Shown: in pieces, positions 12,614 to 25,400 of the stretch
Numbering within the stretch: the stretch's first letter is position 1
Layout: each line of letters opens with the position of its first letter
Assembly: GCA_905178155.1 (NCBI GenBank)
Contig: CAJINV010000005.1
Coordinates: 4,381,556-4,445,555, forward strand
Length of the DNA stretch: 64,000 nt
Reading direction: 5' to 3'
Source: Amoebophrya sp. A120
Lineage: Eukaryota > Protista > Dinoflagellata
Translations under genes and position numbers: made by a program
The notes under the pieces: model-generated
Databases searched by the model: none
Told to the model about the DNA's origin: nothing
What the model saw: only the letters and a program-made list of their open reading frames with translations

Positions 12614-12865
12614 ATGGGGGAGCAAATTCTACGGGACCGGGGCGGGGAGGAAGAGGTACGCCCGAAGGAGAGGAATAAGAAAGGCGGAAACCACGACGAG
12701 GAGTGTGGAAATGGAACAGCTGGCGAACAAACCGCTGGCGGTACTGCTACTTTCTGGGAGAAACACGTCGCCGCTATGCGTACCGAGCACTGGCTGCTGC
12801 TGTGGTGCTTTTTCGTGGCTGTGTTTGCCATTGTAAACATTGTTATAACGCGCACAGATGTGTGA
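12614..12865 (+). CDS. Small tail-anchored hypothetical membrane protein
   Basis: 83-aa ORF with a charged N-terminus and a C-terminal hydrophobic helix WLLLWCFFVAVFAIVNIVI; upstream exons possible. Confidence 0.35.
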   Translation: MGEQILRDRGGEEEVRPKERNKKGGNHDEECGNGTAGEQTAGGTATFWEKHVAAMRTEHWLLLWCFFVAVFAIVNIVITRTDV

Positions 12866-13428
12866 AGGTGGTCCAACATTTGTTTCTGTATACTAGGAGT
12901 AGGAAACTTCTTTAGAAAGAAATAAGCTTTCAAATCCCGACAGAGACGCCCAGCGAAGTAACGAAGAAAACTGGCTGGAAATAAATATTCACAGGATGCT
13001 CTGCTGGGAAACGACAGGCAAAGGGCCCTCGTCATGCGTAGTAAATTGTGTCGGTCGAAGTCAGGTGCGTAGAAGATCTGTACGTTGTGCGAATTTTTAT
13101 CTCGTCATTGCGGAGAAGTGTACATGGCGACTCCTATCAACAGGTCCTAACCCCTCAAGCACATCGGTAACTATTTTTATAATTTGGTCGCTCCTCACTA
13201 CTAACTTCGGTAGATCATTTATTGGTTTTCTCGGACGATCACTAGTCTCGAGATGTTGCCCACGCTCACCAGCCGGAGTTATGTGACTTGATCTGCAAGA
13301 GCTTCTTAATCGCGTACGAGATGTAAAGCACAAAATTAAGTACCACGGTACTACGTAAGTATGTGACCTTTTGAGAACGGTAATTGACCTGGGGGAAGCC
13401 CCCGTCGCAGGGCGCGTTCGGCGGCATC

Positions 13429-16400
13429 ATGACGTACTACCCGCTTGTCTCGATTATTGGCTGTTCTCTCTTTGTCGCCCTCGTGCGGCTTGTGCACTTT
13501 CAGTCGCGCCCCGGGGACCGCGCGATCCACTGCTTGGATCGCAGTAAATCACCCCCAGTAGAAGGTCCTGCACAAGCTGTCGCGAATGCACTTCCCCCGA
13601 ACGAACCACAGCCGGCGGACGGCACGACAGCGCCAAATGTTGGCGAGCCACCTCCTGCAACACCCTCCGCGACTGCTGCAACCGCATCAGTTGCGTCACC
13701 TACGAGCAGCACGCCAGAGCCACCGGCTACTACAGCGAACTCAGGGAGTAGAAGCACAAATTGGTGGCCCTGGTCGGCAGATTCATCGAAAGCCAGTACT
13801 AGTGACAACAGCAAGCAAGAAAATCCGGATACAATAAATAAAGTTGATGGTGGTTCCTCGAAGCCAGGGCAGGTGCCGGTCGCCTCGCTGCCGGACTACC
13901 ACAGTGTCGTCACCGATACAGGTTTCTGCCGCAATAGCGCCTGCTGCATCGGCAGTCTGGAATCGGACAAGGGGACGCGGCCGTCGACCATGCAGGGAAA
14001 GTGCCTAGACGTCGAACAGTGCGCCGCGAATGCCCGGCCTTTGATCGAGGGCCTGCGGCGGCCCCGGCGCTACGCCTTCGTATTGAGCTTCTTCGGGCAG
14101 GTGCCGCAGGAGCTGGACTTTTTGCAGCAGCTTCCGAGCATCCAGCGCGCCATCGGGCGCATGCAAAGCCAGAAGCCGGGGGCTGTCACGGTGGACGTTG
14201 TCCTGCTGATTCACCCGGGCCGGCAGATTGCCGCGCACTACAATCCGCTGGACAAAACGGCGATAAAGCACCTGCAGGCAAAGCACAACGTGAAGGTCCG
14301 ACGCGTGCCCTGGACCATTCCCCCGGGCGCCCGCTTTGACCGGGGCAACGAAGGGTGGTGCGGCGAACAGGATTTCATCCGCCTGCACGCCTGGAACATG
14401 ACGGACTACGATGCGGTCGCCTATTACGACAACGACGTCGAGCTCCGCGGCGACTATCTGCCGCTGTTTGAGTGCGTGGACGGCCTGGATGTGACTCTTA
14501 CCACGACTGGCGGCGTGGGCGAGCCCATCAACGTCGGGTTTTTCGCGCTGAAACCGAAGGCGAAGCTACTGGAGGCCGCCGTCCACTTCTCAAAGGTCGC
14601 GGGGTTCGAACCCAAGCGAGGCGGCTGGGCCGACGCAGGGTTCTGGCCGAACCAGTACTACTTCATCGGGGCGGAGTGCGGCCAGGGCTACTGGCTCACC
14701 ATGCTGTTCCGGCGAGACCATACCGTCGTGCGCGAGGCGTACCGAAAGGCCGGGCTGCCGCTAACCGCGGTGCGGGCGGCGTCCATCGATCGCTGTGTGT
14801 GGAACTACCAGCTCTCTTCCGGGTGCGACGCCATTGGCGGCGCGAGGTGCGACAAGGTCATCGGGCACCACAAGCCCGCCCGGGCCGGGTCCGACGACAA
14901 CGAGTGTTTGAAGAAGGGAATTCAACAGTTGTACCGGGAAGACGGGGTGGAAGGTCTTGTAGTCTCAAGACCTGCTGTTCTTGCGGCGATGAATACGACA
15001 GCTTCACTTAGTACCCCCGCGATGTTACAGTTGAAGGACTTCCTGCCCGCAAAGTATCTCCCAAGCGAGAAGCTTGCAGAGACTACGCAGCCGGACGCCT
15101 CTGCGGCCGTGTCGCTCGCAAACCTGAAAGAGTTTCTGTCGCTGGGTCCGCTTCCGCAGCGACTCCCGTGGCCGGGACAGTGGAAGAACGGGCTGCCCAT
15201 CCAGTGCAAGCAGCCGGACTGGCTGGTCCGCAAAGATTTGCTGTCGCTCGACGTGAACCCGCACAAGACCAGTCGGCGAGTGCGTGCGGTGCTCGTGGTG
15301 AGCGTGATAACGCCGAAGGGCCAGGAGGATTGGGGCGCGGCGGAGAAGCGGCCGCCGTTCCTGCTCACAATGCTCGCGGCGTCGCTGCAGCACCTGCGAC
15401 GTTTCGGCCATGGCCTGATCCTGCGGCCGGACTTCACCCCGCAGCTGGACGGCACCCACTTGCAGGCCTGGCAAAAGAAAGCCTGCGACCGGGAGAAAAA
15501 GGACGAACGGCAGTGCATGAAGGACATGCAGCGGGAGAACTTCAACTGGGAAAAGCATTTGATGCTGAACGACTACCTGCAGTTGAAGTTCGGGTCATCT
15601 GGTACTCCACCGGGTACTAGCGGGGACGAGGACTCGCAGAGGTTGTATCGGTTTACGCACGTGGGCATGCTGGACGCGGACGCCGCCTTCGTCAACTTTC
15701 ACCTGGACTCGCTCGGGATTCTCGCTTGGAATTTAGCGAAGACAAAAAAGCAGGTGTTCGTCGGGAACGAAGATTGGTTGCGGGGGGAGAGCGAAGGCGC
15801 GCTGCTTTCGCACGCGAAGCGCGCCAACGGCGGCCTGATTTTCGCCGCGAACTCCAAGTTTTCGCGCAGCCTGTTCACCGATACCTTCCAGGCTCACGTC
15901 CGCGGGAACGAACGCACCTCGACCCCCTGGACAACGGGCGGCATCTATCAAAATGAAAAATCCCCCCTCCCCATATCAAAACGGAAATTTGTGATGCTGA
16001 TTTGTGACCACAAATCCGCTTTGTATTGCACAGAGGCACTGCGGCCAGATCCCCAGGCTACGTAGGGGCGTATGGGTCTAGTAGTTCAGCATGGCAAGCG
16101 GGTCACTTTTAGGGCGAACAGCATGACAAATCGCTTCCATAATGGGGCGGAAGCTTCTGCCCTTGTCTTCTTGCAAGACAGATGCGATTTGTGACCTCAA
16201 ATCCGCAACGCAAATTTTTGGAAACATACCTTTTTAATATGGGGAGGGGGGATTTTTCCTCTCAATAGCATCGTGGCGCAATGTTCGTCCAACGAGCAGA
16301 TCTGTTTGAGCGACTTGATGTACGGGCCCCCGCGGACGCAGGCCGGGGCGATTTTCCCCATGCACCGGTATTTTCTCCTCGGATCGGGGAAGTTTTGGAA

Positions 16401-18748
16401 CCGGGGCCGCGCACCACAGGCGCCCACGGTGCCGCTTCCGGACCACCAGCTGCACGTCATGCACTACATGGGAGGCGGTCGGCAGCAGGCGGTCGCAGAT
16501 CTGTGCGAAAATACGTACATTGCGCAGGCCATCGGCGAGAGCGCGCGCAACGTTCTCGGGGTTTGCGGGCAAAGAGTAAATCCGCCAATCAGCTGCTCGA
16601 GCCATCCCGATTCCCTCCTCCTGGCGAATACGGATGTTTACCCGAAAAAGACAGCGGAGCCCCAGGACCCCTGGAGCGGTCTAGTCGTTGATGCCAACGG
16701 CACAAATAAAAATACGCTGGTCCTCGCGCCGGGGAAAGTAGAGGCTGCGGCCCAACAACCCCCACTGGAACCCGGGGTCACCACACTGCCGCCAGCGGAA
16801 GTGAAAAAATCCGGTGCAACTGTTGAGACGGCCCCCGCCGCGCCCAACGTAGAAGTAGTACTCACGACGGCTGCCCCTGCGAACCCAAGCGCAGCTGACG
16901 ACCACGCGGACGGTACAAAAATCAAGAACGCCGCCGGGGCCGGACCGCTTACCAAAAAATGCGGTTCCGGGCAGCCCCCGACAGAGGCGTGCAGATTGCA
17001 GTACAGCTGCTGCGACGTGCAGAACTGGAGCTGCTGCGGGGAGGATAAGTTTGTCGTGCAGCCGAGGCGGGCCTTGCGGAACACGACGGCCGTGGGGTTT
17101 TACCTGCACGTCGGGGGTCGCGGCGAGTCCGCGGCGGTCACCTACCTGGCTTCCCGGGTGCTGTATTTCAACCCGGGCGCCCCCATCTACATCATGTCGG
17201 ACGGCGCCGAGCAGTACGAGGACTTCTGCCGCGAGCTGAGCCAAAAATTCGACTCAAAGTGCATCGCAGTGTCGTGCCCGTCCGCGGAGGACCGGTGGCA
17301 CCCGTGGCCGTTCTTCAAGCGGTTTCGCGACGTGGCGGTGGCGCTCCCGGAGGTCGAGTATCTGGTCATGCTGGAGCCCGACAACACCCTGCACTCGGCC
17401 GTGGACGTGAGCACGTTCACGCACGACGCGGGCGGGATCCTGGACCACAACGGGAACTTTGGGGAAAGCCTCGTCCAGTATGGGGAAAGCCTGGCGCAGC
17501 AGCTCCCGGGCAAGGAGACGTTCAAATGGGTCTACAAGGGCACGTATCAAGTGCAAAAATGTCTGCGTCTGGAAGGATGTAACCTGTGATGCGCATTTCA
17601 GAACACACAAAAATCTCTCATGCATAGGTAGCAAAAGCTGCCCACTTTCTGTCACCAAAATGGGGGACTTGTCATGCGTGTTCGGCATTGCGGAAGCTTG
17701 TCGAAACCTGTGATGCTAGAGCTTCCATGCCAGACCTTCTGCGTCATGCAGAAACAGCATGACTCTTCCAGACCCAGACATATTTGCATTTGATAGCACG
17801 GGGCTCGCGGGCGGCAGCTACTACCGGCGCACGGCGATTTTGGATGCGTTCGCGGACGAGGTGGCTCAAAAAATGGACTGGAAGAAGATCTACAAGCTGG
17901 GTCCCAGCGCCGCGGTCTACTCGTCCGACTTTGCGATGCCGATCGCGCTCGCGTTCCGCGGATGGACCTACGCGCCCTGGGGGGCGGTGCGCCAGGCCTA
18001 CGGGTCGAATCCCGACCCGACTCAGCCGCAGCGGAACGTCTCCATTATCCACTACAACCGCGACATCACCGGCGGGAAGCCGGCAACGCGCATCCGCTTG
18101 TCCGAAGCCGCCAAGGCGGAGGCCGGGGCGTCCACGACCACCGTGGGGCAAAGTCGGGAGGTGAACGCGGCTCCACCCGCACCACTTCCGGCGGACTGGA
18201 TGCTGTCGGTCGTGCGGGCCGGGAGGCGGGTCCGCGGCCCCAAGGAGGAGTGGGCGCGGCGCGCGATCAACATCTGCCAGATGTGTTGGAATCGGGAGGA
18301 GTACGTGCGCCGGTTCGGCACGGAGGTGTGCGCACCGAAGTACAGCTTCAACTACACCGCGGAGATGATACCGAAGGACGCGTATTGTGAAGAAAAATCC
18401 CCCCTCCCCATACCAAAACGGGATACTTCTGAAAATTTGTGATGCTGATTTGAGGCCACAAATCGTCTCTGTATTGCAAGAACGCATATCCAAAGATCTG
18501 GCCGCTTTCGGCAGGCAATTTGTAATGCTGTATGGCCTAGGGAGGACATGCCTGCCTTGCTAGGCCCCTACAGCAAAACGGCCCTACTCCAGCTTTGTAT
18601 CTGTGTGCAGTCCTCTACTGCAAGACAAATCCGATCTGTGTACGCAAATTCTTCATCACAGACTTCCACTTCGATATGGGGAGGGGGGATTTTTCCTTTT
18701 GATAACGCGAGACCCGGGCCGGCGGGGGCGATACAGCGGATGCGATAA
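13429..18748 (+). CDS. Large type II membrane multi-domain glycosyltransferase (GT8-like, GT34-like and a third GT-A-like module), about 1469 aa
   Basis: N-terminal TM helix; FIRLHAWNMTDYDAVAYYDND; MLDADAAF...NGGL...NEQ; VMLEPD. One continuous frame after removing three TIR elements. Confidence 0.7.
15946..16267. mobile_element. TIR introner-like element, family D (322 bp), TSD GCATC
   Basis: TATCAAAATGAAAAATCCCCCCTCCCCATAT...ATATGGGGAGGGGGGATTTTTCCTCTCAATA; GCATC at 15941-15945 and 16268-16272. Confidence 0.92.
17545..17795. mobile_element. TIR introner-like element, family A (251 bp), TSD GCACG
   Basis: TATCAAGTGCAAAAATGTCTGCGTCTGGAAG...CTTCCAGACCCAGACATATTTGCATTTGATA; GCACG at 17540-17544 and 17796-17800. 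Confidence 0.93.
18383..18704. mobile_element. TIR introner-like element, family D (322 bp), TSD ACGCG
   Basis: TATTGTGAAGAAAAATCCCCCCTCCCCATA...TATGGGGAGGGGGGATTTTTCCTTTTGATA; ACGCG at 18378-18382 and 18705-18709. Confidence 0.92.
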
Positions 18749-19575
18749 TACGTATCGACTCTATCGATCACGCTGTGCACGAAAGTTTACCGATCTTTTC
18801 GTGGAACCTCTGAGGCGTATATGAAAGAACTTTTGCAATGTGCGTCATGATCTTCACGCAGGCTGTCGATAGCAATGTCGCAAAGATGAGATGGTGCACA
18901 ACTTTTGCATAGGATAACCACTTTTACAACAGCATTCATATAGGAAAAAACCGTCTGCGATGGTTCCGTCGCTTCTGTGCTGCCAGAAGGAATTTGAAGT
19001 GTTCGTGTGTCCTGCGGCTTCTATGGTCGGTTCATAATAGATACTTAGTATCGGTGACGAGACAGCCTTTGCCTTGTTGCAGCAAACTTTCCTGGTCGGT
19101 CAACGTCCGTGGTTTTTTTTGTACAGAAAAGAAGAATTAGAATTTGCATATGCATAATTTCCCTCATCGGTTTCGTTCTTCCACTTTTTCGTGCGCTGTG
19201 GTTTCTGATGATTTTTTCAAGACAAAATCGTTTTCAATTTTTTCAAGTTCGTCGTCCGTCGCCGTCGTTGTTCGTTTTTAGACAAGCACATGCTCCTTTT
19301 CGGGACACTCTGAACTAATTTTTTTGTCTTCGGAAAAAAAAGAATACAATCGCAGCTACTCCCCTCAGAAGTTATAAGTAGATTATGTTTGGACCCTGTA
19401 AAAAGTAAACCCGCACTTCTTTCATCGTCTGGAAGATTATCGGAAAGTTGAGTAAAGATCTCGGCGCTAACTAAAGGTCACGGTATCGTCACTTTACGAC
19501 ACCACTTGTTGCCTCAGTTGCAAATAACTTCGAAGCGGCAGTAGACCTAGTACTGTCAAGAAGAACAGAACAACA

Positions 19576-21226
19576 ATGGCACACGTCGAGCGCATATCAA
19601 ATGTAAAAATGTCTGGGTCTGGAAGAATGCAACTTGTCATGCTAAATCTGAAGCATTGAAAAATCTGTGTTGCATGATTGCCAAAAGTGGTCCAGTTTTG
19701 ACCAAGTCGGGAGGGAGTTTCTCATGCAGGGTAGGCATGAGAGAGATCGCGCAGAATCTGTCATGCTAGGTCCTGCATTCCAGACCTCGTGTGTCATGGA
19801 AAAGCTGCATGACAAATCTGACAATCTTCCAGACCCAGACATTTTTACAATCCATAGCGCAAGAAGCGACCGCTAGATGAGCATCTGGTGACGCTTCTCC
19901 AGACCGCAGACCCGCCGACGCGCGAGGAATACGCAGTCAAGAAGGTCGAGCTCGCACGAAAAATGGACCGGTTAGAATTCGTGTCCAAGGCCCGGATGAA
20001 GTTCATCAAGAATCTGCACGAGAACAACGAAAAGAAAGTGGACGCCATCCTGTGCCGACCACCGGGAAAACTTGCGGAAGTACTTACTACAACACCCTCC
20101 GTCGATGGGTTTACTTTGTTTTTTTTTTGTACGTGAGCTGCGCTCCTGGGTATTAATTAGTTGGTACATCCTTCTCGATGAAGAGCAGAAGCCTGTGTTT
20201 CGCTGCAGGCTCTGAGCGTTGCAACAGATGAATTCATTGGAGTACTATAGCTATCGAGTCAAAATGAAAATCGTTTTCCAGGTGTCTAAGCAGGGACTTG
20301 TGCAGGCGGACGCTTTATTTGAGACGCTGAAGCAGGATGCGCTGAAGAAGAAGTCGATTCCAAAACGGCTGGATATCGTCCACAATTACTGCGTCCATCT
20401 GGAAGTGCAGCAGAGCAGAGGTATTTCGTCCACTTGCGGTTTTGAATTTCCTGCAGTCACTATTATAGACGAGTTCGTTTTGCATCGTACAACATGCAAG
20501 GGAACTACTTATCGTGTTTCTGTTTGAGTATGACTACACGATAACTAAGAATTTCCTGGATCAAGAAAAATACATCAAGAGGACCAAAGCACCCCTTGTT
20601 AGAAGAAATGCAAACGAATGACGAAGCGAATGCAGTAAAACCACGCGACCACAACAGGCATGCAAACGCCGGATCAAATGGATCCCTTGCCATCGCCGGA
20701 GTTGTTTCAGGACATCAATTTTATGGACATGAATCCCACCTACACCGACTTGTTGAACAACGAACCCTCGCCGTTTAAGCCGGCGGATGGAGCCACGCGC
20801 GACCCGCTCCTCGCCGTCTGCTTGCTCCTATGAGAGTGAGTGTACTACAACTCCCCCTCCCCCTCTGTCATGCGAAAACGCAATTCCATTTCCAGCCACT
20901 GCCTCACATCGCTATCTTGCATAACGGACTTGGGAATCCAAACAGTACTATAATAGTTCGCACGCATTGTAATATAGTGATTTGTCATGCAGATGCCACT
21001 TTTCTGAGTCTGACCTGATCTCTATTGCTGTTCTTGGCTCCTTCAAATGAGGGGGAGAGGGAGTTGTGCTCACTGATAGCTCCAGCCGTACACGCCGCCA
21101 CCGCAAATCGTCGAGGCGCAGCAGCGGGCAAAAGCACGCGCGGTCGAGCAAGTGGCCGAGCAGAAGCGCATCGAGAAACTACTCGCGCGCAAGGAGAAGG
21201 AGCGGTTCGCGGCCCTAACTGCGTGA
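19576..21226 (+). CDS. Hypothetical helical protein, multi-exon
   Basis: MAHVER|KKRPLDEHL after removing the family A element; three GT-AG introns; AVCLL|QPYTPPPQ...FAALTA* after removing the family E element. Confidence 0.55.
19595..19856. mobile_element. TIR introner-like element, family A (262 bp), TSD GCGCA
   Basis: TATCAAATGTAAAAATGTCTGGGTCTGGAAG...CTTCCAGACCCAGACATTTTTACAATCCATA; GCGCA at 19590-19594 and 19857-19861. Confidence 0.93.
20829..21078. mobile_element. TIR introner-like element, family E (250 bp), TSD GCTCC
   Basis: TATGAGAGTGAGTGTACTACAACTCCCCCTCCCCCTC...GAGGGGGAGAGGGAGTTGTGCTCACTGATA (TIR with an indel); GCTCC at 20824-20828 and 21079-21083. Confidence 0.85.
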
Positions 21227-21938
21227 AGCAGGACGTTAGTTGTATATATTCTCTAGTTGATGTTGAGACGAGGAATCTATATGTAGTTTAATTGAGTTTG
21301 AGTAAGTTAGAAGTAGAAGAGCTCCAACCCAGTATGTGTGCCCAGGTCATTTCGCACAGCCCCTCGCATCCCATTCATTGCTGAGATCCTGTTACAAATT
21401 TCTACAAAAAAACTGTACCCCATTTTTTGTTGTTAGAAATGTTGGATCCCTAAATCATACGGACATTAAAGTGAGACGTGCTTTTTCCGCGACAACCCAC
21501 GAGGCTCTACTTCTCTCGGATTTTCCCTTTTTACACTAAACCAGTTCCCTTTTAAAACGAGTCAAAAATAATTTGCATCTGCACTGAGGCAAGTATCTCA
21601 GCAAGTGCAGGCATCAGTCATTTGCATTTTTAAGCGAGTCACGTGTAAGCATTCGGGATTTTGGGGACTCCCACAGCGGAGGTCAATGCAGTGCCATCAA
21701 AAAAGAAGGACTTTGTCATGCTACATAAGCATCAACTCGAACGGATCTGAAAACCTTGTACACCAGTTTGTCAAATGTCATGGTAAAGCATCAACACACG
21801 AGCAGCGCAGACCACGCCTGTAAGGAGGCACAGATGCCAAAGGATCTACGCATGTCGAAATTGGGCACGAGATGACGAAAACAGCTTATGAATGTTGTTC
21901 GACATCGTTCCGATTAGGTAGCACAATAAATCGGTCAA

Positions 21939-22160
21939 GATCCAGCTTCTCGCGTTCGTCGCAAGAACTCAGTGTAGTAGCAAGCAAAAATACCTCCATC
22001 CCTCTACCTGATCCAATCAGAAGTATATCGAGATCACCATTTTCTTGAAACGCTGTACGTCTGCCCAGCGCATCAAGCAGATCTTGATAAAGCAAAAGGC
22101 GATCTGACAAGATTGAGTTCTCGATCCACAGCAAATCTTGTTAGCTCTTCACCAAGGATC
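21939..22160. promoter_or_regulatory. Intergenic GATC cluster upstream of NOG1 (function unknown)
   Basis: GATC at 21939, 22010, 22032, 22080, 22101, 22123, 22157. Confidence 0.3.
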
Positions 22161-22492
22161 GTCGAGGCCAATAGATGACGTATCAAATTGCTCTAGGGCG
22201 ATGTAGACAAGCCAAATTATCGAATGCTCACCGACCTAAAAATGGTTTTTTTGAATATCACAAGCCTCTGCTTTTATCAAAAAACAGAAAGGACAGACTG
22301 CAGTCCGGCACTGGTCAGTAGTAAGAAAGAAAAGCGTAAACACTTATTTGCACCGCATTCAGCCACTGCCGCTCTAGTCTTTACGTTTGTCGAAAGTTCA
22401 GCTGTTGCGTAGAAAATAAAGAACTAGCCGGAAAATAAATTCTAGTTGCCTTTGTTCTTTCACTTATTTTTATCTAGAATTGATACAGCAAC

Positions 22493-25400
22493 ATGTATAA
22501 GTTCAAGGAGATCCAGACGGTCCCGCCAGCGGACGCGATGATTGACATCATCCTCTCCAAAACGAACCGGAAAACACCGACGGTGGTGCACCCGGGCTAC
22601 AAGATTTCGCGGATTCGGAATTTCTACTTGCGCAAAATCAAGTTTTGCCAGTCGGCGTACGCGGAAAAGTTCCAGGATATCCTGTGCAAAAATATCGTAC
22701 TCGTAGTGATCGCAATTATGCATTACAAATCTACTTGATAAGGTAAATGCGCATTACAAATTCAATTTGTAATGCTGAGCCAATTTGTATTGCGATTTAT
22801 ACTAGTACGATACTTTTGCAATGCATACAGGACATGCTCTCGCAATTTCCGCGGTTGGACGACATTCACCCCTTCTACGCAGATTTGTGCAATGTGTTGT
22901 ACGACCGAGACCACTACAAACTCGCGCTGGGGCAAATTTCCACCACGAAAAACATCATCGACAACTGCGCGAAGGACTACGTGCGCATGATGAAGTTCGC
23001 CGACTCTCTGTATCGGTGCAAGATGCTCAAGCGCGCCGCGTTGGGACGCATGTGCACCGCGGTCAAGAAGTTGGGGCCGAGCTTGAAGTACCTCGAGGAG
23101 GTCCGACAGCACCTCAGCCGCCTGCCAAGTACGTTTTTTGTTCATCTTCTACAGCCGATCTTCGTCGTTCTACAGGGCCTTGGTTTATTGTTCAACTGCG
23201 TTCTACTCGTCTTGTCGCTCTGATGTTACAACTTACTACTGCGCATAAAGATAAAAAGATTTTTTTCGCGTAGAAGAAATCGAAGGAAATTATCTTCGTG
23301 CGTGCTCCCTAGCAAGGAATCTTGATGGTTCTACTTCTTCTCTTCACAGGTATCAATCCCACGACACGCACCCTGATTCTTACCGGGTTCCCGAACGTCG
23401 GAAAAAGTTCTTTCATGAACACGGTGACAAATGCCAACGTGGATGTGCAGCCTTACGCGTTCACCACCAAGTCTCTATTCCTCGGCCACATGGACTACAG
23501 GTAGATACGATCTATGTATAGTTATTGATGCGGGGCTGATGAGAATAGATGAAAAACAAAAAGAAAAACTACCGGTGCAGCGTATCCAGTGGCACTTCTT
23601 TCTTTGCACTACTAGTAGTTGTATCTATGCAGACAGTCCGCCTTGGTGACTGTGCCCATTGCTAGTAATATTTTTCCATGATCGAAAAATAATAAATGAA
23701 ATCACAGATACACCCGGTGGCAAGTGATCGACACGCCGGGGATTTTGGACCACGCTTTGGAATATCAAATGCAAAAATGTCTGGGTCTGGAAGGATGCCA
23801 GATTTGTCATGCAGGATTTCCATGACCCATGAGGCCTGGAATGCGGGACCTAGCATGACAAACTCTGTGAGGTCTTTGTCATGCCTACACTGCATGAGAA
23901 ATCCCCGCCCAACTTGGCCGAAACTGGGCAGCTTTTGGCACTCATGCAACACAGATTTTTGCATGATCCAGATTTAGCATGACAAGTTGCAATGTTCCAG
24001 ACCCAGACATTTTTGCAATTCATATGGAAGAGCGGAACACGATCGAAATGCAAGCGGTGACTGCTCTGGCGCACATTCCGGCGACCATCCTCTACTTCAT
24101 GGATATCTCTGAAACGTATACCTTTATTCTGGCTTCTTGATGTAGTAGTTTTTGTGCTTCTGAGGATGATGTTTTTGCGATTCTCTACTAATTTTGCTGT
24201 GCAGGAGCTTTCCTTGCTGTAGTCCATATGCTATTCATATCGCGAAGAAATCGCAAACTGAATTTAATACCTTAACATCACAGCTGCGGACGCAATTTGC
24301 GTGAGCAAGTGAACCTGTTCAACTCACTGAAGCCGCTTTTCCGGGGAAAGCCACTGCTGATCATCGTGAACAAGATTGATTTGCGAAAAATGGACGACTT
24401 GCAGCCGGAAGAAAAGGCGCTGCTCGAATCCATGACGAAGGACATGGAGAACGAAGTCACGGTATAATTTTTTCTTTGTTGTCGAAAAAGAAAAACGGAG
24501 ATTAAATGCGCTGGATTATTGAACATGTTCGCTGATGTACTTAGCAGACACTCCAAAAATCGATGCAAATCTGGGTGTCCGTGGCTTGCGACTGATTTTC
24601 CGGCGTCAGGCAAAGATCAGGTTCACTAGCCGCGTTTCGTGCACAAGAAACTTTCGCGAAGATGATATTAGATAAAGTAGTCTTAAGCGTAATTACTTAT
24701 ATTCACCGTCTTGTACTGAAACTGAAAACAGCTTTTTCCGGTGTCCGTGCAGCAGAAGGAGGGTGTTGACGCTGTGCGAACGAAAGCGTGCGACTTGCTG
24801 CTTTCCCGCCGGATCGACAGCAAGATCAACAGCAGCAAGGTAGACGCCATCAAGAACCGGATCTTCATCGCGGAACCCACGAATCCGAGCATTGCCAGCA
24901 AGCGGCCCCCGTGCATTCCGGAAAGCGTGGTCTTGCAGCAACAGCAGCAGGCCAGCGCAAGCAGTAGCAGCAGTAGCGCCGGCACGACCCAAGCGACGAG
25001 TGCAGAAGGGACGAAGAGGGTCTTGGAGAAGGATCTGCAGGAGGAACACGGCGGTGCGGGTGTCTACGTGGCGGACTGGAACAAGGAGTGGCAGCTGTCC
25101 AACAGTAATTGGAAGTACGACGAGATTCCGGAAATTATGGACGGCATGAACGTCGCGGACTTTATCGACACCAACATTTTGGAAAAGCTGGCGAAGCTCG
25201 AGGAGGAGGAGCGCGCGGAGCTGTTGGCCGAGGGCCTGGAGGACACGGAGCAGGTGTTGAAGTCCTGGCAGGACTGCGAAAAGGAGATCGGGCTGATGCA
25301 CCGGGCGATCAAGGCCAAACAGAACGCGAACCGCGATCGCAAGGCCCGCAACGCCATGGGAACAGGGGGCATTGAACGCAAGCGAAACAAGTCGTTGAAG

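Noticed and set aside
15946-16272. Elements as inteins or in-frame read-through insertions
   Set aside because: In-frame stops (e.g. TAG at 16063-16065) and many non-3n lengths
19642-23977. Short ORFs sharing peptides such as [25 protein letters not shown] and KCKNVWVW as a protein family
   Set aside because: They are translations of the family A TIR in different frames and strands
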